Positions 26,641 to 39,493 of a stretch of 64,000 bases of DNA are shown one piece after another; the first letter of the stretch is position 1, and each line of letters begins with the position of its first letter. A program made the translations under genes and the position numbers. Below the pieces are notes generated by a model, which saw nothing but the letters and a program-made list of their open reading frames with translations, did no database searches and was not told the DNA's origin. Source of the stretch: Eledone cirrhosa (lineage: Eukaryota); NCBI GenBank assembly GCA_964016885.1, contig OZ024746.1:85436001-85500000 (forward strand), written 5' to 3'.

Positions 26641-27121
26641 TGGTGATAACTGTCTTTGAAACTATCATTGTCATTTCTAATGGTTTATCGATTGGGTTAC
26701 TTAAGTTAGCAGACGGTAGATTAGCAAAGTTGTTTGACAGATTTTTTGGTTCTTTTGAGTTAAAATTCCTCCGATGTCAACTTTGCCTTTCGTCCTTTTG
26801 AGTTCGATAAAGTAAAGCACCAGTCATCAGTGGCGTATAGCTGGGGCCCCGTGAGGTGCAGCTGCATCCCCCTCCTCCACATACACACACAAAGACAACT
26901 ATCGTTGTCAGTCAAAGTGTTTTCTGTATATTTTTGTTCTATGTTCTTGTTTTGAGAAGAATAGTTGTTAAAATCAAGACTTCAAGCAACGTGTTTGAAG
27001 TAAGGCACAGTAAGGTTGATAATTTAGAAATACTGAGTTAGTGAGGAAAACAAGATGGAATAGTTAGGCCTGCCTCGATTATGGGGGGGGGGGAGATTAA
27101 AGCAAAAGACCAGCCACCGGA

Positions 27122-27182
27122 TGCCGAAACCCGGGACCTTTAGATCTTCAGTCTAACGCTCTCCCAACTGAGCTATTTCGGC
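27122..27182 (-). pseudogene. tRNA-Phe with a 12-nt T-arm/B-box deletion
   Basis: CCCGGGA joined directly to CCTTTAG; deletion between GGGA direct repeats. Confidence 0.88.
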
Positions 27183-27607
27183 TGGTGATAACTTTCTTTG
27201 AAACTATTTATTAATGTCACTTGGGCCTACCTCTGAATTGAAGCTGGGTGGATTCTGATGTGATTTCAATGATAAAAATAATAACAATGACAATAACTGA
27301 AAAGAATGTTTCGTAAATTTTCATTATTATTCCTGCTTCCCTTTTCTCAGATGTTTTCAACGAATCTGACTTTCAAACTCCTCTTTATCTTGTGGATCCC
27401 CCACTCGAGAATACCCGGTTCCCAGCAGGGTGTCCCCAAACTGACGCCTGGAGGGAGGGTTAACTTAAAACGAATAATTTTCTACCATTTTGAAAAGTCG
27501 GCTTCGTTCGAAACACTACAAAATATTACTTCGAAAGGTAATTGGATATAATACTGAATATTTCTCTATAAAAAAAGAAAAGCACATGTAGTGGCCCAAC
27601 CACCGGA

Positions 27608-27679
27608 TGCCGGACCCTGGATTAAATCTGGAACCTTTAGGTCTTCAGTTTAATGCGCTCCAAACTGAGCTTTTTCGGC
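27608..27679 (-). pseudogene. tRNA-Phe pseudogene
   Basis: Multiple substitutions in all arms. Confidence 0.85.
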
Positions 27680-28595
27680 TGGCAAAATCTCCCGATGAAA
27701 TTATCGTTGTCACTTGTAATTGACTTATTTCTGGTCGTTTGGCAGAATCATTGGGGCGGGGGTAAATGCAAAGAACTATTTTCCGAACGGCTTACGTTCT
27801 AAGTTAAATCCTACTGTGCTAAACTTTGCCTTACGTCCTTTTGGGGTCGATAAAATAAAGCACCAATCAAGTACTGGGTTCGATTTAATCGACATCCCCT
27901 TATCCCACCCGATACCATAAAAAAGAAACTAACCTCAAAGGGATTTGAACTCAAAACGTAAAGGGTTGTAACATTATGTCGCGAAGCATGTTTTCCGACG
28001 TTTTTCCGAAACTGCCAATCCACTAATAAAAAAAATATTAAAAATTAAAAAGGATATCTCTGCAGTGATTAAACAATATTATGGTTTAAAAAAAGGTGAT
28101 GTGAAATGAAAACAACCTTAATAATGGTTTCTGATTTAGGCACAAGGCCAACAATTTTGAGGGAGGGGTAAGTCGATTAATCGATCCCAGTGCATTACTC
28201 ATGATATATTTTATCGATCCCGTAAGGACGAAAGGCAAAGCTAACCTCGATGGGATTCGAACTCAGACCGTCCGTAAATGACTGTAACTCTATACTGCAA
28301 ACATGATGTCCGACGCACCACTAATTCTGCCAATCCACCGCCCTTGAAAACAACCTTAATAATTGTTTCTACTTTTGGCACAAGGCCAGCAATTAACCAG
28401 TACATTACTGGTACTTTATTTTATCGACCCTGTAAGGATGAAAGGCAAAGTTAACGTTGGCGGGATTTGAACTCATGAAAACAACCTTAATAATGATAAC
28501 CGAAAAGTATGTTTCTCTATAGTAAAATAAAAATAAATTTTTTTAAAAAAAATTTTTTTAAAGGGTGAAGCAAAAATAGTAGACCAGCCACCGGA

Positions 28596-28668
28596 TGCCG
28601 AAACCCGGGATTGAACCAGGGACCTTTAGATCTTCAGTCTAACGCTCTCCCAACTGAGCTATTTCGGC
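28596..28668 (-). tRNA. trnF-GAA: tRNA-Phe (GAA)
   Basis: Identical to consensus. Confidence 0.98.
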
Positions 28669-29360
28669 TGGTGAAATCAAGCAGTGAAGTTATCGATGTC
28701 AGTTGTATTGTTGTATCTATTAATTGGATTATTTAAGGTGAGAGCGTAAGACCGTGTGGAGGAGAACTGAAAGGGGGTGCGCGGGGCAAGGGCTGGCATG
28801 ATTTATTTGATGCTACGAGACAAATAAGACAAAGTGTTTGAAGATAGGCATACTAAGATTGATGATTCATAAATCCTGTAGCGAGGAAAACGAGATGGAA
28901 TAGTTGGGCCTACCTCTGAATTGAAGCTGGGTGGATTCTAATGTGGTTTCGACAATAAAAATAATAACTGAGAGAACGGCAAATTTTTATTATCATTCCT
29001 GTTTCCCTTTTGGACATGAAATTTATGTTTCTCCGGTGTTTTCAACGAATCTGACTTTTAAACCCATCCGTCTCTTGTGGTTCGCCCACTCGAGAATATC
29101 CGGTTTCCAGCAGTGTCCTCAAACTGAGGGCTGTTGGGGGTTAACTTAAGAACGAATCATTTCTGGCAAATATAATAATTGTTTTTACTTTTAAACAAGG
29201 TCAGCAATTTATCCCAGTGCATTACTGGTACTTTATTTTATCGACTCCGTAAAGATGAAAGGTAAAGTTAACTTCAGGAGATTTGAACTATAATAATAAA
29301 AAATTTCTGAATGTTTCTCTATACAAAAACCAAAGCAAAAATAATTGGCCAGCCACCGGA

Positions 29361-29433
29361 TGCCGAAACCCGGGATTGAACCAGGGACCTTTAGATCTTC
29401 AGTCTAACGCTCTCCCAACTGAGCTATTTCGGC
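29361..29433 (-). tRNA. trnF-GAA: tRNA-Phe (GAA)
   Basis: Identical to consensus. Confidence 0.98.
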
Positions 29434-30258
29434 TGGTGAAATGGTGCGGTGAAATTATTGTTGTCGTTTGTGTCCTTTATAATAGTACAAATAAGTTACA
29501 TATATAAATGTTTTCATTTTCTTACTAATCATGCTTATGGCAGTATATCTAATCCACATGCCACCATCATAAATAAAACTTAAGGGTCAGTCTGCCTCGT
29601 GGTCCCTGCCGAAAGGGTCATTACCCCGGCGGAGGGCGAGGAAGACGCGCTGGAACAACCACTCTACATCGTGGGGATCCTACATGCGGGTAACCAACTC
29701 CGTTCCGATAGCAGTGAACAAGGATATGGCCTGGGGCCCAAAAGCTCCGTTCTGGTCGAGACAGTAGTCTAGCAAAAAAAAAATATACCTTATACAGTCC
29801 ATAGCCTAGTATCTAAATTTGATTTTTTAAAAGTCAAAGATAACTTTTAAAAAAGGTGCTTCTTAGTGCTTCTTGTGTTTTACCCACACCTCACTACATG
29901 GTCACTAAACCCACTAAAATAGCAGTCAAATTCCCCTTAATACCCACACTAACGTCTAAAGTAAGGATACATTAGCATTGTAGTACTTGATATGGTTACA
30001 AACATCATTGATAATGGACCTCTTTAATTAGTGGCGAACAGGGATTAAACAAGATATTTATTTTACATCTACGAAAATTAAACATGAAATTTCTATGTAA
30101 ATAAAACACATAGCCGCTATATCTTTTGTCTGTATGTAGCGTTTTGATAAGTAATAACAGGATGATAGAATTCGGTGTTATGTGAGAATAAAATTTCTGG
30201 AAAAAAATAGTTTGTACAGTGCAAAAAATAAAGCAAAAATAGTAGACCAGCCACCGGA

Positions 30259-30331
30259 TGCCGAAACCCGGGATTGAACCAGGGACCTTTAGATCTTCAG
30301 TCTAACGCTCTCCCAACTGAGCTATTTCGGC
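30259..30331 (-). tRNA. trnF-GAA: tRNA-Phe (GAA)
   Basis: Identical to consensus. Confidence 0.98.
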
Positions 30332-31668
30332 TGGTGAAAATATCCTGGTAAATTATCGTTCTCATTTCTACTGTGCATCACGTTTATGTGCTGTAAGAAG
30401 ATAACTGCTACTGTCGCTTTTTGATGAACCTTTTATATTTATTTACTGTAGTACACCACTCAGTTCTCTTGGTCTCGTTATTATCAATCGATTCGATTAT
30501 TTTCACTGGCGTAAAAGACAGTGTAATAATTTAATAATATTTGTACTTGAAACTGTTTCACTATTTTCGAAAAATTCATTGTCTTCGCTGATACAGTAAA
30601 GAGGCAATCTAAATAGTTTACTACAGAAAGAGGCTAACCAGATCAGCACTAATTGAGTCGATGTTGTTTAGTCCTATGTCAGATTTAATAAAGCAGACAT
30701 CTGATAAAACAAATTCCAGCCATGATTATCCCGTTATTTTTTGTATATAAAAAAATACGCTGGATTATTTCTGATTTTAACTAAAATGTTAAAACGACTC
30801 ACAAGTAAAATGAAAAGTCGAAACGGAAATGACGAAATTAACTGTCTCTATTTATACGTTCCTACGATTTATGTTTCTGTATATACGCTACTAAAAGAAT
30901 ATACATCTTAAAATTTTACTTGGATTTTAATATTCATGTACATATATAAAATGTTTAATATTCCCTTGTTTCAATAACATGCTATAATAGAAAGAAGTAC
31001 GAAAACGACGAAACGATTCCGAAGTAAAATGAAAAATCGAAACGAAAACAATGAATTCTACTTAGAACCCGCTAATATATTCCTACAATTTGTTTCTATA
31101 TATACAAGAACATACTTCTTAAAATTTTACTTGTGTTTCAATAACTGTCTGTAATAGAAAATAATGCATTTGTGTTCCAGCTGTGACCATCCAATCAATT
31201 AATGCAAAAACATACACACATAATACATACTTATATATATACACACACACATATATATATATATACTCTTTTACCTGTTTCAGTCATCCGGCTGAGGCCA
31301 TGCTGGGGCACCGATATATATATATATATATATATAGTTGAAAAGGATGCGTGTGTATATGTAAATATATATAGCACATAATATATACGAGACACTATTT
31401 TAACATAAAATGAACCATATTTCTTCGTTTCACTTTTACATTTTGTTTCTGAATTATGAGCATGTGTTCCTAAAATAGGAAACAGCCGGTAATATTGACT
31501 TTGGGATCAATGAATTAAGTAGTACTGAATTCAATATAATGCATTATACTGTTCCTCAAGTCTGTGTGGCCTAGTAAACACATAAAAATATCTTTCACGT
31601 TATTATAAATAATCAAATTGATATTATCATACGACTGACATTGATAGCTTTAGCACTCGATTTTACCA

Positions 31669-31741
31669 GCCGAAATAGCTCAGTTGGGAGAGCGTTAGAC
31701 TGAAGATCTAAAGGTCCCTGGTTCAATCCCGGGTTTCGGCA
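31669..31741 (+). tRNA. trnF-GAA: tRNA-Phe (GAA)
   Basis: Identical to consensus. Confidence 0.98.
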
Positions 31742-32204
31742 TCCGGTGGCTGGTCTACTATTTTTGCTTTAGTTTTTGTGTAAAATTGCTCTCAGCAAAT
31801 TTTTATGGTATTATTACTTTTTTCGATTTCAGTGGGAATTTTTTCCTCGGTTTTTTTCGTCCAATATACTAGTAATCGACTTTTTTTCCCAGAAAACGAA
31901 GGAGGTAGGGGGTGGGGTGCCCCTCGGAATTTTCTCTACAAATCTTTTTTTATTTTTTCGCGTGTTAACGAATATGACCTCCAAAATAGTCAGAAAAGCA
32001 GGGTCAAAAGACCACTCGAGTTTGGCAGTTCTACACACCTCTCCAAGCAGAGGGGGTTATCCGAGGCGGGGGACCCACCCCAACCCTCTCTCCAATCCAA
32101 AAGTCGATTGCGAGCACCTTGGAGGTTAGATTAATTGATAGTACACGAAAAAAAAAAGCGAGTAAAAAATCGTTTACCCATTGAAATCGAAGGATATGTT
32201 CTTC

Positions 32205-32812
32205 TATAAACGCACTCCATTGAGTAACATTACTCCAAAGACTCTTTGGAGGAACCCTATTTTGGCCGCTTCTCTTCACGATCATATTCTTTCGGTCATT
32301 ACCTAAGATACATGACCATAGGTAAGTATTGGCTTTTACGCCTACCTCCCTTCTTCTCAATACTGAATGCTGAAGCTGGCGCATTATTGCACCAGCTCCT
32401 GCAATTCTTGCAGTTAATTCAGATTCTTGCCTTCTAATACTCGTGAACACAGCCACGAGATACTTGAACTACTCTACCTGCTTCAGTGGAACACAATTTA
32501 CATGTAGAGTTCATTGCGCAGGCTTCCTGAAGAGTAAGAGTGTCTCGTTTTCGCAGCACAGATTTTCATTCCAGCCATACAGCACTTGGCATCAAACCTA
32601 TGTCGAGTTAAATAACACCATGTCGTCTGCAAATTCCAGCTGACTGATTTTACACCCACCAGTCATGTTGCCACTTCCAACTCAGCTGTACATGTCAATC
32701 ATGTTCATGTAAATAATGAACAGGAGAGGTGACAGTACGCACTCTTGGTGGAGTCCGACTCCCACTTTGAATGGTTTCGATTTAGCACCATTTATCCAAA
32801 CACAAATACTTG
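32205..32812 (-). mobile_element. RTE LINE reverse transcriptase C-terminal part (degenerate)
   Basis: Minus translation ...VGVGLHQECVLSPLLFIIYM...LEFADDMVL...FKYL...ELTARIAGAG, with stops and frameshifts. Confidence 0.88.
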
Positions 32813-32819
32813 TAACAAG

Positions 32820-33297
32820 GCCACTGAGGAAGATGAAATCCGGTCCAAGATGTTAAAACCCTTAAATAGAGAAGGTATTCTCTGGCTGACTCATGTGTTC
32901 TGGTGACCGGGATATCTGGAAAGGCCCCTAAGCAATGGCATCAAGAGTGATAATCCCAGTTTTCAAAAAGGGAGACAAGAGAGATTGTTCCAATTACAGC
33001 GGGATCTCCTTGTTAAGCCTCCCCAGTAAAGTCTATGCTATGTTTCTGGCAAGGGGATGTAGGGATATTGTCAAGTCCAAGCTAATTGATAAACAGTGTG
33101 GTTTTCGCGCCAGGCACAGCACAACAGATTAAATATTCACACTTCGAGAAATCATGGGAGTATTGTCAAGAGATATATTCTTGTTTTGTCAATCTTGAAA
33201 AGCATATGACCACGTTCCTCGGGACCTGCTATGGAAGGTTCTGCAGGAGTATGGGATCGATGGTCAGCTCCTTGCTGCTCTGATGTCTCTATACGAA
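32820..33297 (+). mobile_element. RTE LINE RT N-terminal part, inverted relative to 32205-32812
   Basis: VIIPVFKKGDKRDCSNYSGISLLS...QCGFR...STTD...FVNLEK.AYDHVPRDLLWKVLQEYG...LMSLYE. Confidence 0.88.
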
Positions 33298-33330
33298 TTA
33301 CTAAGGTCGGTAATTTAGATTTATTTCCAT

Positions 33331-33898
33331 ACTAGCTGAGGTACCTAGCTTCGCCTGGGTAAACAGATGATAAGAGAAGACCGGTAGAAGAGAAAATGAC
33401 TGTATTGGATGTGTTGTTTGGTTTACGGTCAGAGGCAAGACCACGGAGTGTGTGACAAAACAAGATCAGTCAAAAATCTTCCAAATACACCAAATTCTTT
33501 GTTCTACCATCCGTGCATAGTATATGAAGATTTCTAGATGTCCCCACACGTGAACAACCTACATTTAACTGTCCATAGGTAAAAACTGATTCTCTCATAT
33601 TCAATCCTACAACTTAGAGACTCTGACCCTGAGCTTTATTTATGGTCATAGTAAAACTGGCTCTAACAGGGAACTGAAGTCTTGAGAATTTTAATGGCAG
33701 CTCGGTAGAGAAAGAGATAAGAGGAATCTTGGGAATAAATGCATTCTCTCCTTGATGATTGCCTCCAAGATCAGTGACCTCTAGGAGATGATCATCTGCG
33801 TGACTATTAAGCATGTGCCATTGCATAGACGTGGCTGGTCCAGGTTTTTCAAAAGGATGATTGGAGTTGAATTTTTTTATATTATATATAGATATAGA
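33331..33898 (-). mobile_element. Internally deleted Helitron retaining the PIF1-helicase C-terminus
   Basis: Minus translation FIPKIPL...RLQFPVRASFTMTINKAQGQSL*VVG...FTYGQLNVGCSRV. 3' CTAG plus hairpin at 33331-33360; 5' TC(TATA) near 33892-33898. Confidence 0.85.
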
Positions 33899-33911
33899 TA
33901 ATTATATATAA

Positions 33912-33912
<1 letters not shown>

Positions 33913-33984
<72 letters not shown>

Positions 33985-33999
33985 TGTGCGTGTGTGTGT
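33913..33999. repeat. (TG)n microsatellite
   Basis: Directly visible. Confidence 0.95.
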
Positions 34000-35216
34000 A
34001 AACCAGCATTCGATTCCACGCAGACTCTGGCTGCAAAACACTAGCATCGCTGACAACACAGAAAGAATCCCCCAACCTGCTAGAAATAGCAGTCGGGTTG
34101 GTTAGTTTACCTGGGATGTTTTTCTTCTTTCATTCTATAAAATTAGTATCAATAAACCTTTCTGTGTATACCCTTATTCCATTGGTGTACATACTAATCG
34201 ATTGGCAGTTTTCGTTTTTGTGTGATGTTCGAAAGAACCGACCAGCCAACAAACATCTCTCTTTTATATTATGTATAGATGATTTTACCAGTAATTTTAA
34301 ATCATCTAATAATTTGGTTTCATCAAGTCTTCAACTTGAATGTTTCATTTAAATACTGTAGTTTTCCAAGAATCGAATATATATATTTCAAATATGCTAT
34401 GTTACAACATTTCAATATATTACATTTTGGTATTTATCATAATTTCCAAACAATCCTCTTAAACATGTCCCTTCACTCACACACAACAAAAATTCAATGC
34501 CTTAGCTAGTTCTCTCATAGCTGTGCTCCAGCAGTTCAGGCAAAAACCAAGGGGCTATAACGCCATGAGAGTCACCCTCTTGCAAAAATTTAGCAGTATT
34601 TACCCAACATTACAACTCTTGCAATACCACTATCCAAACCACGATGGATGCCTCCATGCATCGCACAGCTCTCAAACTCTCCAGTCCAATCTGCAGTTGA
34701 TCCTTCTGGTCCCTTGCCAAAGAGCTTTTCACCAAACATGCTTTATCTTCTCTCTATTTCTTCTACTGCTATTACAGCTTGATGGTCTCATGCCACCTCC
34801 ATTTAGGCACGTTGAACACATTCCTCTTCCTCTCATCACCCATTTCTCAGGTCCTGCACTAAGCCCAGTCCTTCTTACCCAGAACATTGGCCTTTTGGAA
34901 ACACTGGGGTCGTTTGTTTTAAACCCCCCCCCCCCCCACACACACACACACACACACACAATTTGCTGGCCTTGTGTCTATATGGTAGAAATCAATAATT
35001 AGTCAGTACAGTTGTCTACCTTAGTAGTTAACTTCAACTTTCTCTACCTTGAAATTATTATAATATTTTCGAACTCAATCACAAAAATATGGAAATAAAA
35101 AATATTAATGCGTTTAATTGTTTAATATATTATTTGTTAATTTTATGTATTTATAGATTTTCGAGAACTTTTTTTAACCTCCGTTTAGTACGAAGCGATG
35201 GATGCAGAAATAGATA

Positions 35217-35259
35217 TCACGTGACGTCTGACTGCCCCACGTGTCCTCTACCTCTTTCC
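35217..35259 (+). promoter_or_regulatory. RPLP2 core promoter: E-box/CRE composite and TCT (5'TOP) initiator
   Basis: TCACGTGACGTC at 35217-35228, CACGTG at 35238-35243, CTC(+1)TTTCC at 35252-35259. The TCT motif is typical of ribosomal protein genes. Confidence 0.7.
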
Positions 35260-35319
35260 TTGAACAGAATTTCTCCTTAAGTGACACAACACGTTTTCGC
35301 GTCAATCTAAGTCTTAAAA
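35254..35319 (+). other. RPLP2: RPLP2 non-coding exon 1 (inferred)
   Basis: Runs from the TCT start to a strong donor AA|GTAAGT at 35320. The first coding exon begins 1 nt before the ATG, so an upstream exon is required. Confidence 0.65.
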
Positions 35320-35963
35320 GTAAGTCATTTTAAAAAAGAATTGTTACTTTATTTTTATATAAATTGGTTGCTTTAAAACCTTTCTACGGCCTGATCATTA
35401 ATTTAAATGTTTGTTGTGGTTTATTTTTCAACTATTATGAGTTGAAATTATTTTCTAATGCTTTATTAGTCAGCTAGCAGCCATGCTTGCTTTATTCTAG
35501 ATATGTATAAACGGAAGCTCTATAATACAGCTTCTGTTTAAGATGCAAATCTAAATTAGCTTTATAAATAGGTATTTTATACTAACTAAAGTAGCGATTA
35601 TTAAAACGCTAATGTCCATATATAGATTATATTATTTAAACTAAAATTGAGGTGCCTATTTTAAAACTCGAATTATCTACAGTTTCTATAATTTAATATA
35701 TATACATAACGACATTCTTTTATTTTAAATAAACGGCAGTCTCCCGATTTATTTTAGATCCATTTAAATTATAAATTTTGATAAAAAAAACTATATCGAA
35801 TACAATATTCGTTTTATAAAAGGTATTTGGAAATATTGAGCACGTGGTTCTATACTGTACTACTTTTACTATTATTAAAAACTTGGATAGCATCCTGCTC
35901 TAAGTTTCTTTTAAGATATGTACTTTTAGAATAATAAAGTTATTCTTAATGTAAAATGTACTG

Positions 35964-36075
35964 AGCACTTGTCAGTTGTAAGTTTCTGTTAACAAGTACT
36001 ATACTAACTTGGTGATCCTGCGTACGCCGAATGTCCTCGGTTCATTTTGGTGCCCCGAATAGACACCAGACAATA
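35964..36075 (+). ncRNA. H/ACA snoRNA candidate, copy 1 (5' hairpin partly deleted)
   Basis: H box ATACTA, conserved 3' hairpin, ACA+3 nt. Confidence 0.55.
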
Positions 36076-36697
36076 TTGTGTTGTATTTACGCAATTTACA
36101 TAGATATATCCGATTTAAAACTATCTTTCATATGCTATCGTATCCCAAATATAAGCTTTTGTAGAAATTCCGCCGTTTCCCAATGTGTACTTATTAGATC
36201 TACTCTGATTAATTTTTATATCTGGATTTAATTCTACTACGGTGTATGAAGAATAAGAATAAAGACGTTTCCTATTTTTTTTTTTTTTTAACTTTGTGAT
36301 CTTGCAATCGTCGTTTCTAATCGTTTAGAGTGTTATTTTAAGGATGCAGATTTGTTTTTGTTTTTTTTTACTTAATAAAAAAAAAAAGCTATTTTATTTA
36401 TTATTCGTGGTTCGTTATAATTTGTTCGTGGTCATAGAAAGAAACGTGTATTGTTAAAAGAGAACATCCACTGCTAGAACTACTATACTTAATATTTTAA
36501 CATGCAGTGCACCTCTCAGCTGCTTTCGATGATCGTAAATTGAAAATAAAAGGTGCTGCATTATTCAGGGGATCCTTCGTGCACCAAACTTTTGATGCTT
36601 GTTTTGACACCAAATATTAAGTTACTGGTTAGTTTGTTGATTTAAGATATGTACTTTAAAATAATGAGGTTGTCTTTAATATATGTAAAATAATCTG

Positions 36698-36828
36698 TGC
36701 ACTTCTCGACGACTTCCAATATTTATTGATTGCAAGTTTCTGTTAACAAGTGCTATATTAACTTGGTGATCCTGCGTACGCCAAATGTCCTAATTCATTT
36801 TGGTGCCCCGAATAGACGCCATACAATA
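36698..36828 (+). ncRNA. H/ACA snoRNA candidate, copy 2
   Basis: GCACTT...AAGTGC hairpin, H box ATATTA, TGGTG...CGCCA hairpin, ACA+3 nt; 131 nt. Confidence 0.72.
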
Positions 36829-37480
36829 TATGTTTCGAAAATATTGTTCACATGTAGGCGTAGAAGTTGGCTTCCCAAATAGCGTGTACTTGCAGCGTTT
36901 TCCGGCACATCTGCGGTAAATGGAGTATTTTAGACACTTGCCTGTCATAATTTTCATGTGGATTTAACGGGACAAGACTGGCCCTTTGAACTACAGACGC
37001 TGTCGGGCTTCTGATTAATTTTACTCACAAGGCGTGGGTTGACCTGACATGGTAAATGACGCTTGGCCACGGTGCCATGCAGTGGGGTCGAGACAGGACC
37101 TTAATAATTTCCAGGCAAACTCCTTGGTCTTTGCCATGCTACATCCATATCTACCATGCGTGAAGTTTTGATTGATGGAAACTACTGGAGTTCGTCGTGT
37201 ATGTGTATTTATATTTCAGTCGTGTACACCATGGAGTTAACTTGCTCAAGCAAAATCTCATTAGATGTAGTGCTTTTAGCAATGCTCTTCACTAAAATAA
37301 AACAAATAACTTTTAAGCTGTATATAATTAATTAAAAGATTCTTTAGATGAACTTTTGTACAAATAATATAGTTCGAAATTTCACATGGAAAGGTGTTAT
37401 TTGTGGGCTTCGTTAAAGAGGATTAAAATTACTGAAAATAGAGCAGAGAATGGTTGTTTCCCCTGTTGCCATTTTTAGGA

Positions 37481-37561
37481 GGTATACATGATGACTGGAA
37501 TTTTTCTGAGATTATATGATTTAATTTTCTCTTTTGCTACATAACCACCGTCTGATATACC
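37481..37561 (+). ncRNA. C/D box snoRNA candidate A
   Basis: Stem GGTATA/TATACC, box C ATGATGA at 37488, D' CTGA at 37506, D CTGA at 37552; paralog at 39899. Confidence 0.78.
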
Positions 37562-38273
37562 GCTAAGGCAACAAAAGTAACTATTGCCGTTTTTACAATA
37601 TATACTTTCTTATACTTATGTTATATGCTTGTTGCAGTTGTATTTTTTCTCATCGAAGTAGTATTTAAAGTGCATATGCACCTCAGCACCTAGATGTACC
37701 TTTTTTTTATTGAGGGTGGGCCAGTCGTCATTTCTTGGTTGAACCACATGCAGGTCTCATGTCAGTATTTCTTGCAGTAGAAGTAATATTGAAAGAATAT
37801 GTATTAAATCAACAGTCGGCGTGCGTGTATGTCATATTCAGTACTACTGACGATATAAAACTTTAATTATAAAATAATCACCCTAGTTATTTTAGCACCT
37901 TAATTACGTAGTTAATGAAAATAGTCAAACTAGGCTCTGGATGTAAGTCGACCCCTTGTTTTACCATGGTGGGAGGGGGGTCAAATTCCACGACTTGATT
38001 ATATACGGTATTCAGTGGGATATACTATTATCAAATCCTTTTGGTGCTCCTAATATATATATACATATATACACACATTCTTTTGTATTAGGTAGGCGGC
38101 ATTAAAGTGTTTGAAAAGGGATCATCTGATTTTAAAAGGCTATATTTTTTTAAACAAATGACCATATAATTATGCGGTAACTCGTACAATACATATCTGA
38201 ATATAAAGTTTATATATATATATAAATTTTTATAGTTATTTACAATTTTTACATGCTTTCAGTCTGCTTCAAA

Positions 38274-38588
38274 ATGTCGATCCAGCAGCAAAAAGCGTTC
38301 TGTGTCCTCTGCTTCAACAAATGTGGGTCAGTTACACTAGTGCAACGTGATTTTCGTAAAGAGTACGGTATTGTACCCCCTACTCCTCAGAGCATTCGTC
38401 GTTGGCACAAACAGTTTAAAGAGACTGGTTGTTTATGTAAAGGTAAATCTACAGGTCGCCCCCGTGTTTCCGACGAAGACGTTGATCGTATCCGGCAGAG
38501 TTTTGAGCATAGCCCAAAAAAATCCACTCGTAGTGCCAGCCGAGAATTAGTAATACCCCATATGACTGTGTGGCGTGTTTTGCGGCGG
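38274..38588 (+). mobile_element. Truncated Tc1/mariner (rosa/DD41D-like) transposase N-terminal HTH region
   Basis: SVTLVQRDFRKEY...SIRRWHKQFKETGCL...STGRPRVS...SPKKSTRSASREL..PHMTVWRVLRR; catalytic domain absent. Confidence 0.85.
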
Positions 38589-38707
38589 ACAGAAAGGCAC
38601 GTAAAAATTGTGAATAACTTTATAAAAATTTATAAAGGTTATAAAAAATTTAAAAAAAACTTTATAGGTCAGGCATGTATTTTATTTCAGGTTATGTTCT
38701 TAATCTA

Positions 38708-38838
38708 TGCACTGCTCGACAACTTCCAATATTTGTCAGTTGTAAGTTTCTGTTACCAAGTGCTATACTAACTTGGTGATCCTGCGTACGCCAACTGTCT
38801 TAATTCATTTTGGTGCCCCGAATAGACACCAGACAATA
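38708..38838 (+). ncRNA. H/ACA snoRNA candidate, copy 3
   Basis: Two hairpins, H box ATACTA, ACA at 38833. Confidence 0.72.
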
Positions 38839-39045
38839 TTATTATGTGTTGTATTTGAATTTACTATTTTGGTGGGTGATTTCCAAAACTTCTGTCTTCA
38901 TATGATTGTGAGGGAGGCGTCTACAGTGAATATATTTTAGTCAGTCTTAATAGGCCTCTCATTAATAAACTTCACAATCATTATAAAAATAAAAATAATT
39001 TTGTAGTCAGGCATGTATTTTATTTCAGGTTATGTTCTTAATCTA

Positions 39046-39175
39046 TGCACTGCTCGACAACTTCCAATATTTGTCAGTTGTAAGTTTCTGTTACCAAGTG
39101 CTATACTAACTTGGTGATCCTGCGTACGCCAACTGTCTTATTCATTTTGGTGCCCCGAATAGACACCAGACAATA
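39046..39175 (+). ncRNA. H/ACA snoRNA candidate, copy 4
   Basis: As copy 3; ACA at 39170. Confidence 0.72.
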
Positions 39176-39363
39176 TTATTATGTGTTGTATTTGAATTTA
39201 CTATTTTGATGGGTGATTTCCAAAACTTCTGTCTTCATATGATTGTGAGGGAGGCGTCTACAGTGAATATATTTTAGTCAGCCTTAATAGGCCTCTCATT
39301 AATAAACTTCACAATCATTATAAAAATAAAAAGAATTTTATTTCAGGTTATGTTCTTAATCTA

Positions 39364-39493
39364 TGCACTTCTCGACAACTTCCAATATTTGTCAGTTGTA
39401 AGTTTCTGTTACCAAGTGCTATACTAACCTGGTGATCCTGCGTACGCCAACTGTCTTATTCATTTTGGTGCCCCGAATAGACACCAGACAATA
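39364..39493 (+). ncRNA. H/ACA snoRNA candidate, copy 5
   Basis: As copy 3; ACA at 39488. Confidence 0.72.

Noticed and set aside
26583-26801. ORF starting NQGPLDLQSNALPTEL (also 29283-29507 and 16258-16440)
   Set aside because: Antisense translation of tRNA-Phe.
34523-35002. 159-aa ORF
   Set aside because: No recognisable domain; runs into a C/CA microsatellite and a SINE tail; probably a decayed repeat.
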